A DNA stretch of 64,000 nucleotides from Candidatus Poribacteria bacterium (GCA_965218095.1 OZ244587.1:5312001-5376000); one strand, 5' to 3'. Positions 27,299-37,971 are shown, counted from the first letter of the stretch. Numbers and translations: made by a program. Notes: generated by a model not told the origin, from the letters alone.

Positions 27299-28276
27299 AT
27301 GTCCAAGATCAAACTTCGTCCCACCCGTGAGGATACAATCACTGCTGCTCGCATCATTGCCGAACATTTTGAAGCCTCGCCCTTGAAAGCAGAGAAAGCA
27401 TTCGGCGAGTTCCTGAATGCCAGTGTGTTTGTAAAGTACGAATTTCTGAATCCGGTCAGATCGTTCAAAATTCGGGGCGCGTTTAATTTAGCCTATGCGC
27501 TTGCTCGCAGTGGAGATGTTTCGAGAGTCATCACCGTTTCGACGGGGAATCATGGCGCCGCTATGGCGTATGCCTGCCAGCGATACAACATTCCGCTCAC
27601 AGTTGGTGTCCCCGTCAACTGCGATCAGAGCAAAGTCGAATTGATCCGTCAATTAGGTGGGGAGTTGGAATTCCTCGGGCGTGACCTGGACCAAACCAAG
27701 GAACTGCTGCAAGGACGCCTGCTCTCACCTGACACTGTTTTTATCGAAGATGGTTCCTGCCCAGAAATCGTCGCCGGCACCTCAACGATTGGGTGGGAAA
27801 TTGTTCAGGATCTACCGGAGGCGGAAATTGTCATCGTCCCGGTGGCGAACGGCGCATTAATCGGCGGAATTGGAACGGTACTTAAGGAGTTTAACCCATC
27901 AATCCAGGTGATTGGCGTCCAATCAGATCTCGCGTCTTGTATGGCGCTGTCGTTTCAAGCGGGTCACGCCGTGAATACAGAAAGCTGTGACACTTTTGCC
28001 AGCGGTATAGCGGTGAGAGTCTCAATTCCAGAGGCAGTGGATCTGATGCTGGAAGTGGTAGACGAGATGCTCTTAGTTTCTGAGACGGATTTGAAACAGG
28101 CGATGGGCGCCTTCTATCGTTACACTGGACATTTGCCTGAAGGCGCCGGCGCAGCCCCTTTAGCCGCAGTGCTGAATATACGAGCCGCACTTAAGAATAA
28201 GACCGTCTGTTTGATTGCTTCAGGGGCAAATGTAGATAAGGTATTGCAACAGGAAATCAGGGTAAATTTCGTGTGA
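27299..28276 (+). CDS. PLP-dependent threonine/serine dehydratase-like enzyme
   Basis: SFKIRGA, STGNHG, EGAGA, SGAN. Confidence 0.88.
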   Translation: MSKIKLRPTREDTITAARIIAEHFEASPLKAEKAFGEFLNASVFVKYEFLNPVRSFKIRGAFNLAYALARSGDVSRVITVSTGNHGAAMAYACQRYNIPLTVGVPVNCDQSKVELIRQLGGELEFLGRDLDQTKELLQGRLLSPDTVFIEDGSCPEIVAGTSTIGWEIVQDLPEAEIVIVPVANGALIGGIGTVLKEFNPSIQVIGVQSDLASCMALSFQAGHAVNTESCDTFASGIAVRVSIPEAVDLMLEVVDEMLLVSETDLKQAMGAFYRYTGHLPEGAGAAPLAAVLNIRAALKNKTVCLIASGANVDKVLQQEIRVNFV

Positions 28277-28308
28277 ACCTTGCGAAGGTTTGAAACCTTC
28301 GCAAGGTT
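28276..28308. repeat. Palindromic REP-like element
   Basis: AACCTTGCGAAGGTTT-G-AAACCTTCGCAAGGTT; a related half-copy lies near 51258-51278. Confidence 0.7.
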
Positions 28309-28325
28309 GCGCAAGGAGGAAAATC

Positions 28326-29123
28326 ATGTCAGATTTCAAAGATAAAGTTGTAATCGTCACCGGCGGCGCCAACGGCATCGGCCGGGGTATTTCTACCGCT
28401 TTTGCCCGGGAGGGTGCTCAAGTCCTGTGTGCGGATATGGACGAAGCGGCAGGCGCACAGCTTGCTAGCGAATCCGGACAGATGGCTGGTACTATCCGAT
28501 TCCAGCGGGCGGATGTTGCCCACAGCAGCGAATGCCAGGGGGTAGTCGAGACAGTCGTGTCAGAATGGGGCGGGGTGGATATCCTCTGCAACAATGTCGG
28601 TATCCAGCCCGCGAGTAGTTATTTGCCTGCCCACGAATTCCCAGAAGAAATGTGGGATCGCATCATTGATGTGAATCTCAAGAGTTTCTTCCTGATGAGC
28701 AAATTCTGCATTCCAGAAATGAAGAAGCGGGGGGGCGGGGTGATCATCAACACAGCCAGCGTCCAGGGACTCCAGTCGATGAAAGGGGTATCGGCTTACG
28801 CAGCCAGCAAGGGCGGCGCCCTCTCCCTGACCCGTCAGTTGGCCCTGGAGTACGGCGAAGACAATATTCGGGTGCTGGCGGTCAATCCCGGTACAATTGA
28901 CACGCCGTTAGTGGCTGAAGCGGTGGACTTCATGGGCGGCGACTTGGAGAGCCTCAAAAAATTATGGGGTAAGGCGCACCCAATCGGCCGCATTGGTCAG
29001 CCCGAAGAAATCGCCAATGTTGTTCTCTTCCTAGCCAGTGACAAAGCCTCCTTCATGACCGGCGAGTACGTCTGCGTAGACGGCGGCATGATGGCAAAAG
29101 GCGCCTGGGCGGATAGCGAGTAG
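28326..29123 (+). CDS. SDR family oxidoreductase
   Basis: TGGANGIG, NNVG, YAASK, NPGTIDT. Confidence 0.93.
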   Translation: MSDFKDKVVIVTGGANGIGRGISTAFAREGAQVLCADMDEAAGAQLASESGQMAGTIRFQRADVAHSSECQGVVETVVSEWGGVDILCNNVGIQPASSYLPAHEFPEEMWDRIIDVNLKSFFLMSKFCIPEMKKRGGGVIINTASVQGLQSMKGVSAYAASKGGALSLTRQLALEYGEDNIRVLAVNPGTIDTPLVAEAVDFMGGDLESLKKLWGKAHPIGRIGQPEEIANVVLFLASDKASFMTGEYVCVDGGMMAKGAWADSE

Positions 29124-29182
29124 ATCCGATGCGACAGGATCATACTCGCATCGGCCATAAATTGGGATTTCATCATGGCTTA

Positions 29183-29244
29183 GAGCCTATGAATCCGCAT
29201 AGAGTGTTCTATATTACGATGGTTCCGAGTTTTTAGATAGACTC
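29183..29244. mobile_element. Possible 62-bp IS5-like MITE scar
   Basis: GAGCCTAT...ATAGACTC flanked by TTA on both sides; weak IR. Confidence 0.3.
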
Positions 29245-29340
29245 TTAGTTCAAGTTTGGAAGGGAAGGAAGAAACAGAAGGCGTTTCGCTCCTTTCTTCC
29301 CTATTTAAGTGATTTTCAGTATTAAACTATACATTTCGTT

Positions 29341-29426
29341 TGTAGTAGCGCAATTCATTGCGCGTTTGGGATGGCGATGAATCATCCTGCTACACGGGAT
29401 CTCGCTACGCTAGAGACCTCACTACA
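29341..29426. repeat. GTAG REP pair
   Basis: TGTAGTAGCGCAATTCATTGCGCG...ACTACA; a near-identical unit lies on the minus strand at ~8995-9020. Confidence 0.65.
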
Positions 29427-29491
29427 AACCATTACTTTTTTTTTGAAAATTACTTAACTCTCTGTTTCCGTAGATTAGTGAGAGGAAAATC

Positions 29492-30427
29492 TTGATCGTC
29501 CTTAGCAGCATTAATGGAAAGATAGGCATCTCGACAGCAATGAATGCCCTGAAGGCAGGCGGAGACGCCCTGGATGCTGTAGAAGCAGGAACCCGTGATG
29601 TTGAACGCAACACTGCTGACCAAACCGTTGGTTCAGGAGGGCTGCCGAATATACTCGGAGAAGTTCGACTTGACGCCGCCATCATGGATGGACGCACCCT
29701 ACGAGCTGGCGGTGTCGGTTCGGTGCAGGGATGCGTTCATGTGATTACGCTTGCCCGGCGCGTTATGGAGGAGAGCCCGCATGTCTTCCTTGTTGGGGAT
29801 GGGGCGGAACGCTTCGCACAGGAAATGGGGTTGATGCGCGAAGAACTCTTGACCCCTGAGGCAGAGGACAAGTGGCGTCAGGGACTGCTGCGCCGTTATC
29901 CGGATCTGGATGTCTCAAAACTGGCTGAGGGTAAGAACTTGCGGGATATAGTGAGGTACTTGAACCAACCGATGGCGGGTTGGAAACCGGCTGAACCACA
30001 CGGCACCGTTAACTTCATCGCCCAGGATGGTGACGGCAATGTGGCAACAGCAGTCAGCACAAGCGGCTGGCCCTGGAGCTATCCGGGACGTCTGGGGGAT
30101 TCTCCTGTGATTGGCGCTGGCGGATATGCTGACAACCGATGGGGCGCCGCCGCTTCGACAGGTACAGGCGAAGTTGTGCTGCGCACTTCCGCCACGCGCA
30201 GCATCATCCTTTATATGAAGATGGGTATGACCGTTGGCCAAGCGGCAGAAGAAGCACTCAAGGATCTGCGCGATTTGCAAGATCCCCTTGTCGATCACAT
30301 TGCAATTATTGCGCTGAATCGCGCCGGCGAGCATGTCGGTTACTCACATCGTCCCAATGAACGATATGTCTATATGACAAACACAATGAGCGAGCCAGCT
30401 AAGGTTGATATGGTGCAGATGCCTTAG
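29492..30427 (+). CDS. Ntn-hydrolase asparaginase_2 family (glycosylasparaginase/isoaspartyl peptidase)
   Basis: ALDAVE, LDAAIMDG, HGTV (nucleophile Thr), STSG, GRLGDSP, TGTGE. Confidence 0.92.
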   Translation: MIVLSSINGKIGISTAMNALKAGGDALDAVEAGTRDVERNTADQTVGSGGLPNILGEVRLDAAIMDGRTLRAGGVGSVQGCVHVITLARRVMEESPHVFLVGDGAERFAQEMGLMREELLTPEAEDKWRQGLLRRYPDLDVSKLAEGKNLRDIVRYLNQPMAGWKPAEPHGTVNFIAQDGDGNVATAVSTSGWPWSYPGRLGDSPVIGAGGYADNRWGAAASTGTGEVVLRTSATRSIILYMKMGMTVGQAAEEALKDLRDLQDPLVDHIAIIALNRAGEHVGYSHRPNERYVYMTNTMSEPAKVDMVQMP

Positions 30428-30469
30428 CGTCTCCCGCTTGCGGCTGTGCATTCACAGGAGACATCCAAA

Positions 30470-31465
30470 ATGAGCCGTTCTCAGATGTTGACCAACGCAG
30501 TAGCCGAAGAACAGGCGTGGCGGGCGGGTACCATTGATGATACTGCATCCTGGCGCTACTCCCTGTCCGAAGATTGCCTCTCTGTTTTTGATGCGTTTGT
30601 TCAGGAACTGCGGCGCTATTCCCGACCGATTACTGAGATTCAGATTCAGAAATCATCATTCGACGCCCCTGGTCTTCGATCGGGGATTTCGCTTCGCGCG
30701 ATTTGCGGTGAGTGCCTTCAACCTGTGCTTGATGCCCTTAACTCGGGGCGGGGTTTTGCCATCCTTGAGCGAGTACCTCTGGAGCGGTTTACTTCTGAAG
30801 AGGCGCGGGCAGTGTACTGGGTGATTGGTCAGCTCCTTGGGCTTCCCTTTGAGCAAGATATTAAAGGCACCCTGCTGTACGATGTGCGAGATACCGGTCA
30901 GGATGTGGCTCGGGGAGCTCGCTTTTCCGTGACCAACGCCGAGAGCTCCTTTCATAACGACCATTCCTTTGGCGATCCGGTTCCCGACCTTGTGGGGCTG
31001 CTCTGCCTGCGCACGGCGAAATCGGGTGGACAGAGCCAGCTTATCACCGCATACACGCTCCACAATGAACTGCTGGGAAATCATCCTGATATACTCGAAA
31101 CTCTCTATCAGCCATTTTATTTCGATCGTCGGGGTCAGTTCAAAGCGGGGGAGTCACCGACTTTTCAAGCCCCAATCTTCCAATGGGATAGGCAGGAACT
31201 GACCATTCGCTATTTGCACTACTACATCCAGGCCGGCCACGAGCGGGCTGGTAAAGCGTTGACCCCGGATCAGGAAAGGGTCCTGAGCGTTATGGAATCG
31301 CTGCTGCGTCGTCCAGATTTCAGGGTGGAGTTTAGCTTAAAACCCGGGCAGATGCTTTTCACCAACAACCGGTGGGTGCTTCACAATCGTACTGCATTTG
31401 AGGATTATCCCGACCCGGAACGTCGTCGCCATTATGTGCGACTCTGGTTAAGTAAAGCCCGATGA
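30470..31465 (+). CDS. TauD/TfdA-family 2OG-Fe(II) dioxygenase
   Basis: FHND, GLLCLR, GGQS, NNRWVLHNRTAF, RHYVRLWL. Confidence 0.9.
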   Translation: MSRSQMLTNAVAEEQAWRAGTIDDTASWRYSLSEDCLSVFDAFVQELRRYSRPITEIQIQKSSFDAPGLRSGISLRAICGECLQPVLDALNSGRGFAILERVPLERFTSEEARAVYWVIGQLLGLPFEQDIKGTLLYDVRDTGQDVARGARFSVTNAESSFHNDHSFGDPVPDLVGLLCLRTAKSGGQSQLITAYTLHNELLGNHPDILETLYQPFYFDRRGQFKAGESPTFQAPIFQWDRQELTIRYLHYYIQAGHERAGKALTPDQERVLSVMESLLRRPDFRVEFSLKPGQMLFTNNRWVLHNRTAFEDYPDPERRRHYVRLWLSKAR

Positions 31466-31560
31466 ATTGGGATACAAGCACCTGTCCGATTCTCGGACGA
31501 GCACTGTTGCTCTACTATACGAATCAATTCAACTCAACAAAAGCAAAGGAGGATTTTGAC

Positions 31561-31983
31561 ATGAGCACCTTACTTCACGTCGGAGTGCGCGCTTCCAACC
31601 TTGAGCAATCGATCCGTTTCTGGCAAGATGGCTTAGGGCTGCGAGTGGCAAAGCGGCGCGAAAACCGCTACGACCTCACAGATGGCTATCACAACTTCGC
31701 TGTCTTCCAACACCAGGGCGAACCACGTCCCCCGCATCTGGGCGGAATACTTGATTACCTGCATATCGGCGTCGGTGTGCCAGACGTAACTGTGGCTGCC
31801 AAACGGCTACGAGAGATGGGTTATGAGATCTTCTCCGATGGCTTGGGTGGTAAACAGCCACTAGATCCGGATAATCTCCAGGAACCGGCTTTCAAGGTGG
31901 AAGACCCGGATGGCATTACCGTTGATGTCAACGAAACTGACATGGCGTGGCCGGGTACGACCCTGCATCCTAACTCTCAGTAA
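31561..31983 (+). CDS. VOC/glyoxalase family protein
   Basis: LHVGV..LEQSIRFW, HIGVGV, EDPDG; AGGAGG RBS. Confidence 0.88.
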   Translation: MSTLLHVGVRASNLEQSIRFWQDGLGLRVAKRRENRYDLTDGYHNFAVFQHQGEPRPPHLGGILDYLHIGVGVPDVTVAAKRLREMGYEIFSDGLGGKQPLDPDNLQEPAFKVEDPDGITVDVNETDMAWPGTTLHPNSQ

Positions 31984-32089
31984 TTGGTGAGTGGTAGAGT
32001 GGTGATTGGTGGATCAATGCGACCACCTACCTCTTGCCCATCATGGACTCATTTGAAAATGTAATTTGTGATTAGATAGGAGATGAAAT

Positions 32090-33025
32090 ATGACTGACTA
32101 CCGATTCAAACTTGGTATGTACCTTCCCGAATTGCGTCTGTCCTTTGACGAGGCATTGGCTAAGGCAAAGGAGATCGGCGCAGAATATATTTGGTTCAAT
32201 AGCCTGCCTGACGAACCGCCTATCGCCGAGATGAGCGACACCGAGGTGGATGGTATAGGCGAGCGCGTCGCCCGACACGGTTTGCAGATATTCCTCATCG
32301 GCGCAAGTAACCCCTTCAAGCAGGTTCATCTGAGCGACCTAAATCTGGAAACGATGGCGGACCATCCGGAATTTCGCAAAGGGTTTGACGACTGCATTCG
32401 TTCCATGCAGGTTGCTGTCCGTCTGGGAATAGGTGCGGTGAATATTTTCACCTTCGCCTGGCCTGGCGAGTACACTGCCGGCAAACCCACCTGGCCGATG
32501 CGCTGGCTAACGCGGGGCGGCGTCATCGCTGATGTGGATATGGAGAAACTGGTCAAGGCGTTCTCTATGGTAGCAGAGCAGGCAGAGCGTTATGATGTCG
32601 ATGTTGCCCTCAGCATGATGCCCTGGAACTACACCAATACGACCGGCAATTTCCGACGCGTTGCTGAAGCCGTTGGCTCCAAGCGGCTCAAGGTCATGTG
32701 GGGCCCCGCAGACAACATAAATTGCGGCGAGTGGGATACAGCAACCGCTGGCTTCGACAATGTGCGTCCGTATCTGCATGGGCTTCATCTCAAAGACCTG
32801 CATCTCATCAACGGTTTACACCTCAATTTCGAGTACCGCCCCCTTGGCGAAGGTGACGTTGACTACCTAACTGTGCTGCGGAATCTACGTGACCACCGCT
32901 GTGATGCGGTGCTTTCGGTTGCAACTCACTTCCGCCCGCCTAGCGGCTTGGCTGAAGAAGCGATGCGTATCAATTATGCCAATCTCAAGGCGCTTATCCA
33001 CCAAGTTGAAGCTGAAACGGTATAA
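32090..33025 (+). CDS. Sugar phosphate isomerase/epimerase (xylose isomerase-like TIM barrel)
   Basis: LHLKD, PLGEGDVDY; paralogue of 54068-54997. Confidence 0.85.
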   Translation: MTDYRFKLGMYLPELRLSFDEALAKAKEIGAEYIWFNSLPDEPPIAEMSDTEVDGIGERVARHGLQIFLIGASNPFKQVHLSDLNLETMADHPEFRKGFDDCIRSMQVAVRLGIGAVNIFTFAWPGEYTAGKPTWPMRWLTRGGVIADVDMEKLVKAFSMVAEQAERYDVDVALSMMPWNYTNTTGNFRRVAEAVGSKRLKVMWGPADNINCGEWDTATAGFDNVRPYLHGLHLKDLHLINGLHLNFEYRPLGEGDVDYLTVLRNLRDHRCDAVLSVATHFRPPSGLAEEAMRINYANLKALIHQVEAETV

Positions 33026-33089
33026 CTGCCAGGGTCCGAAAGGGTTCTAGTGGTTCATTTCGTACCTTGATTTCGTCCAATGAGAACCG

Positions 33090-33211
33090 ACTTTGATACA
33101 ATGGCTAAACTGGCGCTTCCTGCCACACGGAAAAGGATCTGGCTTCGGCGCATACTTTTTCTGGTTGATGTCAATGTCCAGGGTCTTGTTGGTTGCATCT
33201 GATTGTGACAT
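33090..33211 (-). pseudogene. 5' gene remnant (MSQSDATNKTLDIDINQKKY...FRVAG)
   Basis: RBS plus ATG at 33211, frame broken after ~20 codons; loosely resembles the '..INL..YGTFAEIG..FFRVGG' family start. Confidence 0.3.
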
Positions 33212-33300
33212 CTGTTTTGCCCTTTCTTAGCTATCCATTCTCCGATGGATCGGAGCAGGCTCTGAGAGGAAGGAGAAAATGGTCTCCGTTCATGTTTGGT

Positions 33301-34056
33301 CTAAAATTTCTCATACCTGTCTGCACGGTTATGCCCGAAAAGGCCAGGACACAGTTGCTTCATTTCTGGTGGCATGCGTTCATAGGTTTCGGGCCAGATC
33401 GGCTGATGACCACCTTCGATCCAGTTGTTGAACCAGCGTGGGAGGTAAGCGATGTTCAGCCCGATACGAATCTGGTTGCTTGTATTCGCGCGAGCCTGGT
33501 GATACGTACCGCCATGCCACATGAGCACTGAGCCAGCCTGTCCGGGAATCGGCTTAATCAGTGGGCTATCCGGCGTGATGTCCGACGGGGGAGTTTTCCG
33601 GCGCGAGCGGTGGCTCATCGGTACGATGCCCGTCGCCCCATTCTCTATCGTGAAATCGGTCAGCATCCAGATGGTGTTGATCAGCCACGGCACATCAGGA
33701 ACTTCTGCGAACTCACGGGCAGAATCGACGTGCAGGTGTTGACCCGGCGCGCCAGGCCAGGTCGGCTTAGAGCACGCTTCGACGACCCGACAGTTTGGCC
33801 CCAAAAAGTGCCGGGCAATCGCCACTGTGTCCGGATGGCTCGCACAGGTCCAAACCCGATCGTCTAAGTTCATCATACCAAACAGCGTCTGATAGTGCTG
33901 GTCACCTGTGTTGTAGCGCTGGCACTCTGGGTCGGTGTGCAATTCGAGGAAGCGTTTAGCCATGCTGCGTGCCATGTCTTCGGGGATGCGATCTTCCAGC
34001 ATGCAGTAGCCGTAGATCGTTAGGTGCTCGATTGCGGCTTTGAGATCACTGTTCAT
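33301..34056 (-). CDS. Phytanoyl-CoA dioxygenase (PhyH) family protein
   Basis: LHVD, WMLTDFTIENGAT..VPMSH, AGSVLMWHG. Confidence 0.92.
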   Translation of the reverse strand: MNSDLKAAIEHLTIYGYCMLEDRIPEDMARSMAKRFLELHTDPECQRYNTGDQHYQTLFGMMNLDDRVWTCASHPDTVAIARHFLGPNCRVVEACSKPTWPGAPGQHLHVDSAREFAEVPDVPWLINTIWMLTDFTIENGATGIVPMSHRSRRKTPPSDITPDSPLIKPIPGQAGSVLMWHGGTYHQARANTSNQIRIGLNIAYLPRWFNNWIEGGHQPIWPETYERMPPEMKQLCPGLFGHNRADRYEKF

Positions 34057-34157
34057 TGGTATCTCCTTTCCGTGAAACGTGATGCGTGAATGAACCCGGA
34101 GATGTACTAAACTTGTCTCGTCTTGTTTCTTTCTTTCTATTCTTCCTTTTCTTTTTC

Positions 34158-35177
34158 TTATAACAAGTAATCGGAGATCTGCTTGACTGTTCCATCTTGG
34201 CTCGAATCGATTGCGGCGAACACCATCGCCAGACTCTTGAGATTTTCGATCCCTACGCTTTCGGGAAGGCGTCCCTTCTCGATGGCAGTGAGAAATTCGT
34301 CAAACGCTGCCAGTTGCCCTTCCCGTGGGCTGGTCACTGTCATCACATTCTCACGGGGCGCGGTGCGGTTGCCGTGGTCTGCGCCCTTTCGTGCGATGTA
34401 CAGATCCGGAAAGATCATCGTGAGCGTCCCTGTCTCACCGATAGCCCGGAGCTCCCCGTACCAGTCGGTCATGTCGCCAGATGCAATGGCATCGCCGTGG
34501 TAAGTCACGGGAAGCCCATTTTCCATTGTAAAGTGCGCAAGCCCGGTGATGTCGTCTGTAAACGTGCTATAAGGCGTATTCCAACTATTCGCCCACGCTG
34601 TCACAGGGTTGCTGCCGAGCGAGGCGCGGAGGAGATCGAAATGATGGATGCTCATCTCGATGAACAGCGGATGCTCCATTTTATGGCGGAATTCCCCCCA
34701 CGAATAGTAGGGCGCTCGAAAGTAGTGGGTGACATGGCTCATCCGCCCCAACTCGCCGCCGTTGACAATTTCTCGGAATTTTCTGACCCACGGGTGAAAG
34801 CGGGCTTTCTGAGAAATCATGAACACGCGATCTGTATTCTGTGCGGTGCGTAGAATGCTATGGGCTGAATCGATGGTATGGGCAATCGGTTTTTCCGAAA
34901 GTACATGTAAGCCTGCTTCCAATCCTGCTTTGATCACGGCTTCGTGATGGGCGGGAGGAACGATACAGAGCAGCGCGTCGGCTTCTACGGCTGCAAGGGC
35001 ATCTTCAACGTAGCTGAAGGCGGCGGATTCGGAAACGCCTGTTCTCTCGCGGGCTGCGGCAAGGTGCTGTGCGTTGATGTCTACAAGCGCGGCATATTCG
35101 GCGCGGTTACAAGCAGCAACGGTCGTCAGCCAACGCCGTCCGTAGCCGCCAACGCCAACTTGGATAATTCGGTGCAT
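34158..35177 (-). CDS. Gfo/Idh/MocA oxidoreductase
   Basis: VGVGGYG, HVLSEKP, EMSIHHFD. Confidence 0.92.
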   Translation of the reverse strand: MHRIIQVGVGGYGRRWLTTVAACNRAEYAALVDINAQHLAAARERTGVSESAAFSYVEDALAAVEADALLCIVPPAHHEAVIKAGLEAGLHVLSEKPIAHTIDSAHSILRTAQNTDRVFMISQKARFHPWVRKFREIVNGGELGRMSHVTHYFRAPYYSWGEFRHKMEHPLFIEMSIHHFDLLRASLGSNPVTAWANSWNTPYSTFTDDITGLAHFTMENGLPVTYHGDAIASGDMTDWYGELRAIGETGTLTMIFPDLYIARKGADHGNRTAPRENVMTVTSPREGQLAAFDEFLTAIEKGRLPESVGIENLKSLAMVFAAIDSSQDGTVKQISDYLL

Positions 35178-35528
35178 TCAAAAACCTCCGTATTGTTTTC
35201 AGAACTAATGGTGGAGGGGTTGTCCACTAGTATAACGTGTCCTACTCTGCGAATTCTGTGGTGGCAAGGAATTGGGCTTTCGAGTATGTGTGGGAGCGAG
35301 GAAATTCAACACGCTCGCCTCCTCGCTCCCTCACCTCATTACTCCGTGCCCCTAAGTGCCATCTGCATCCTTACATCGAACTGACGTTAATATATACCCC
35401 TCAACATCCTTTGGTGTAATACTTCCCACCCGCGCAAAATGCGCCTCAATCCTCCGCCGCAGATGTTCGCCAGCTAATTCCCACTTCTCAACCGGCAAGC
35501 TTAAATCAAGCAACCCGTAAAAGGCAGG

Positions 35529-35699
35529 TCATCCAGCCTGCTGCACAGGGCAATCACCGTTCCAGAGCAGGGCATAGTCTACCTTCTTGCCCAATTCGCC
35601 TTTGTCACGGCGGGCAGGGTGCAGGCATATTTCGGGGCGGAAGGTATCTGCCATGAAAATACATCTGTCGCAAGGGCGTTCATTATTTAGGGGGTACAT
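35529..35699 (-). CDS. Possible 56-aa Cys-rich peptide (CxxC...CxHP...CP)
   Basis: MYPLNNERPCDRCIFMADTFRPEICLHPARRDKGELGKKVDYALLWNGDCPVQQAG*; below the ORF cut-off, no clear RBS. Confidence 0.3.
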   Translation of the reverse strand: MYPLNNERPCDRCIFMADTFRPEICLHPARRDKGELGKKVDYALLWNGDCPVQQAG

Positions 35700-35704
35700 A
35701 GGTA

Positions 35705-35920
35705 TTATTCGTTACTGCCCTTCAATACAAAGCGATCACGATTGGGCCAGATTGGGTCTTCAGGGTCAAACCGCAAGAATTTCTGCCAGAGGCAATAGGT
35801 AACTGGGGCCAGGGCCACCGCTGTACCGGGGTGACCAGAGTTGGCCGCCTGAATCGCATTCATGGACGGGGTCCGAATAGTATTGATAGATAACTGGTCA
35901 AGATTTGCTTGTTCAGACAC
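35705..35920 (-). pseudogene. tkt: Transketolase N-terminal remnant
   Basis: INTIR...AIQAANSGHPG...FLRFDP..PIWPNRDRFVL then truncation. Confidence 0.85.
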
Positions 35921-36051
35921 AAATCTTTCCCCTTTTGGGTTCACTACTTGGTCAACACTTTGGTTCAATCAACGCGAAATATGAAATTCGCGGGCAACGG
36001 GCTTTTTCAAAGGGTGAAAAAAGTGTCAACCGAACTTTCATGGAGAATGAA

Positions 36052-36723
36052 TCATTCTCCGGTCTGCTGCAACGCCTGATGAGTCAGGATCCGAAGGCAG
36101 TCAGCTTCCGACAGGTAAGGCTCGATCTGCGCCACAAATTGTGAGAGTGTTTCCTCCACCGTTGCCGTCGTAGTGTCGAGGACGAACCTTCTGCGGATCA
36201 GTGTACCTTGGTATTCTTCCTCAAACTGTTGCAGGACGTATGCGATGTCTCTCTCCGGCACCAGGCTGCGCGGGTGTGGGTTTTCCCGCATCCGTTTCGC
36301 AATGACTTCGGCGGAGGCTTTGAGCAAAATGAGCACTGTGTCGGGGGCTTTCGCCATAATCGTTTTCTCCACCGCCCGCGCAAACCTCGTGCGCTCGGCA
36401 TATTCGCCCTTTCCGCCGTAGCCGTAGTATAACGGTGCATAAACCGCTTCTTCGATGTGAAATCCGGTCATGTTGTGGTCGGGGTCAGCGTAAAATGCGG
36501 GCTGGAGATGATACTCAATGATGTAACGTTGGAACATCTCCTTGAGTCGCGGACTTAGCGCCAGGAATTGCTTCTGTTCATTCTCCGATAGCTCGGAAGA
36601 AGGAATGGTAAAGTGGTCGTGGAAACCGCCGCCACTGCCTATTGTGCGGTCAATCCATTTAACAATTTCGCTGGCTAACGTGGTCTTGCCGGTGTATTCG
36701 CAGCCAACCAATATCAGTCTCAT
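36052..36723 (-). CDS. P-loop nucleotide-kinase-like hypothetical protein
   Basis: MRLILVGCEYTGKTT; AGGAGA RBS. Confidence 0.75.
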   Translation of the reverse strand: MRLILVGCEYTGKTTLASEIVKWIDRTIGSGGGFHDHFTIPSSELSENEQKQFLALSPRLKEMFQRYIIEYHLQPAFYADPDHNMTGFHIEEAVYAPLYYGYGGKGEYAERTRFARAVEKTIMAKAPDTVLILLKASAEVIAKRMRENPHPRSLVPERDIAYVLQQFEEEYQGTLIRRRFVLDTTTATVEETLSQFVAQIEPYLSEADCLRILTHQALQQTGE

Positions 36724-37044
36724 GGCTATTCTCCTGAATGTTATGGTTGGACGTACTATCACTAAACCTTTGAGAAATCTGCGCCGTGACTTTCTCGCAC
36801 TATGAACAAGGGAAAAATGAAACCCCGATAGATCGGGGCAGGCTGTGATGTGTGAAACATCTTGCCTCTTACGCAATACGCAACACGTTCTCGGCAGATG
36901 AAAGTACTGACGCTGGATGTTATGATAACACACCAGCCACTAATGCCGATCAGTATAGCAGAGATCCAAATTTTTGTCAATAGTATAGCAGATTTCCCGC
37001 CTGAAATTCCGAGACCATTGCGAATTTTTACAGGTTCTTACGAT

Positions 37045-37776
37045 TCACCGGACTGCTGATGTGCCAATCCGGCAGAACCCCTCTGCAAACTGGCACTCAC
37101 TCATTCCTGCCGTGAACTGTGCTTCAAGGGCCCGGTAGCGATTCAGTATCTCATAGTGTTCCGGCAACTGAGGTTGGGCGCCGAATTTCGAAAGCGCCTC
37201 CCGCTTGCGCTCAAATACCATCGTGATATCCACATAGATTTCCGGCAGGAACTTCGATACCGGGGACGTTCCCAACATGGTTTCGTAGCAGATCAGTTGC
37301 GGCGAAGCATACGGTGCGTGTGCCGTCTCAATACCGGGGACACCACAATAGCGACAAGCCCAGAGGACTGCCTGGGTGGTTTCCACATGATCCGGATGCA
37401 GCAAATCATCGATCCAGTGGCTCAAGACCATGTCTGGCTGGAAAGCCCTGATCGCGTCGAGGATTTGCAGTCGCCGTTCTGAGCCTAGAACCAGCGGACT
37501 ATCGCCGAAATCGAAGCAATTAATCGACGCCCCGAGGATGTCTGCGGCAGCTTGTATTTCCTCTTTCCGAATTGCCTTTATCTCCTCCAGAGTTGGAGTC
37601 TCCTCTCGGGCCCAAAGTGCGGGTGACTCGCACCGTTCCCCATAGGTCAGGTCGTAGACTTGTACTTTTCCCCCGGCTTCCACAAGCCGTATAATCGTCC
37701 CGCCAGCCCGGGAGCAAAAATCAGCGGCATGGGCGCTGAACACCAGTACCTTTCTTCCTTCGTGAATCATGATCAT
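37045..37776 (-). CDS. PIG-L/LmbE family deacetylase
   Basis: SAHAADF, GG, HPDH, YVDIT, AEGF. Confidence 0.88.
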   Translation of the reverse strand: MIMIHEGRKVLVFSAHAADFCSRAGGTIIRLVEAGGKVQVYDLTYGERCESPALWAREETPTLEEIKAIRKEEIQAAADILGASINCFDFGDSPLVLGSERRLQILDAIRAFQPDMVLSHWIDDLLHPDHVETTQAVLWACRYCGVPGIETAHAPYASPQLICYETMLGTSPVSKFLPEIYVDITMVFERKREALSKFGAQPQLPEHYEILNRYRALEAQFTAGMSECQFAEGFCRIGTSAVR

Positions 37777-37971
37777 CGTCTCCTTTCAGTCAGTGAGTCG
37801 GTGAATATGATTAATGATTTTCGTTCATTTCATCACACAATTCCTCTTTTCATGTTACCATGATTCGGACAGTCCTGCAACCAAAACTATTTCTTGATTT
37901 AGACCGGATTTGATGCTAAACTGTTGGCGAATGTGCAACATGGATAAAGTGTATGCCGAAGGAGGTTTCTC

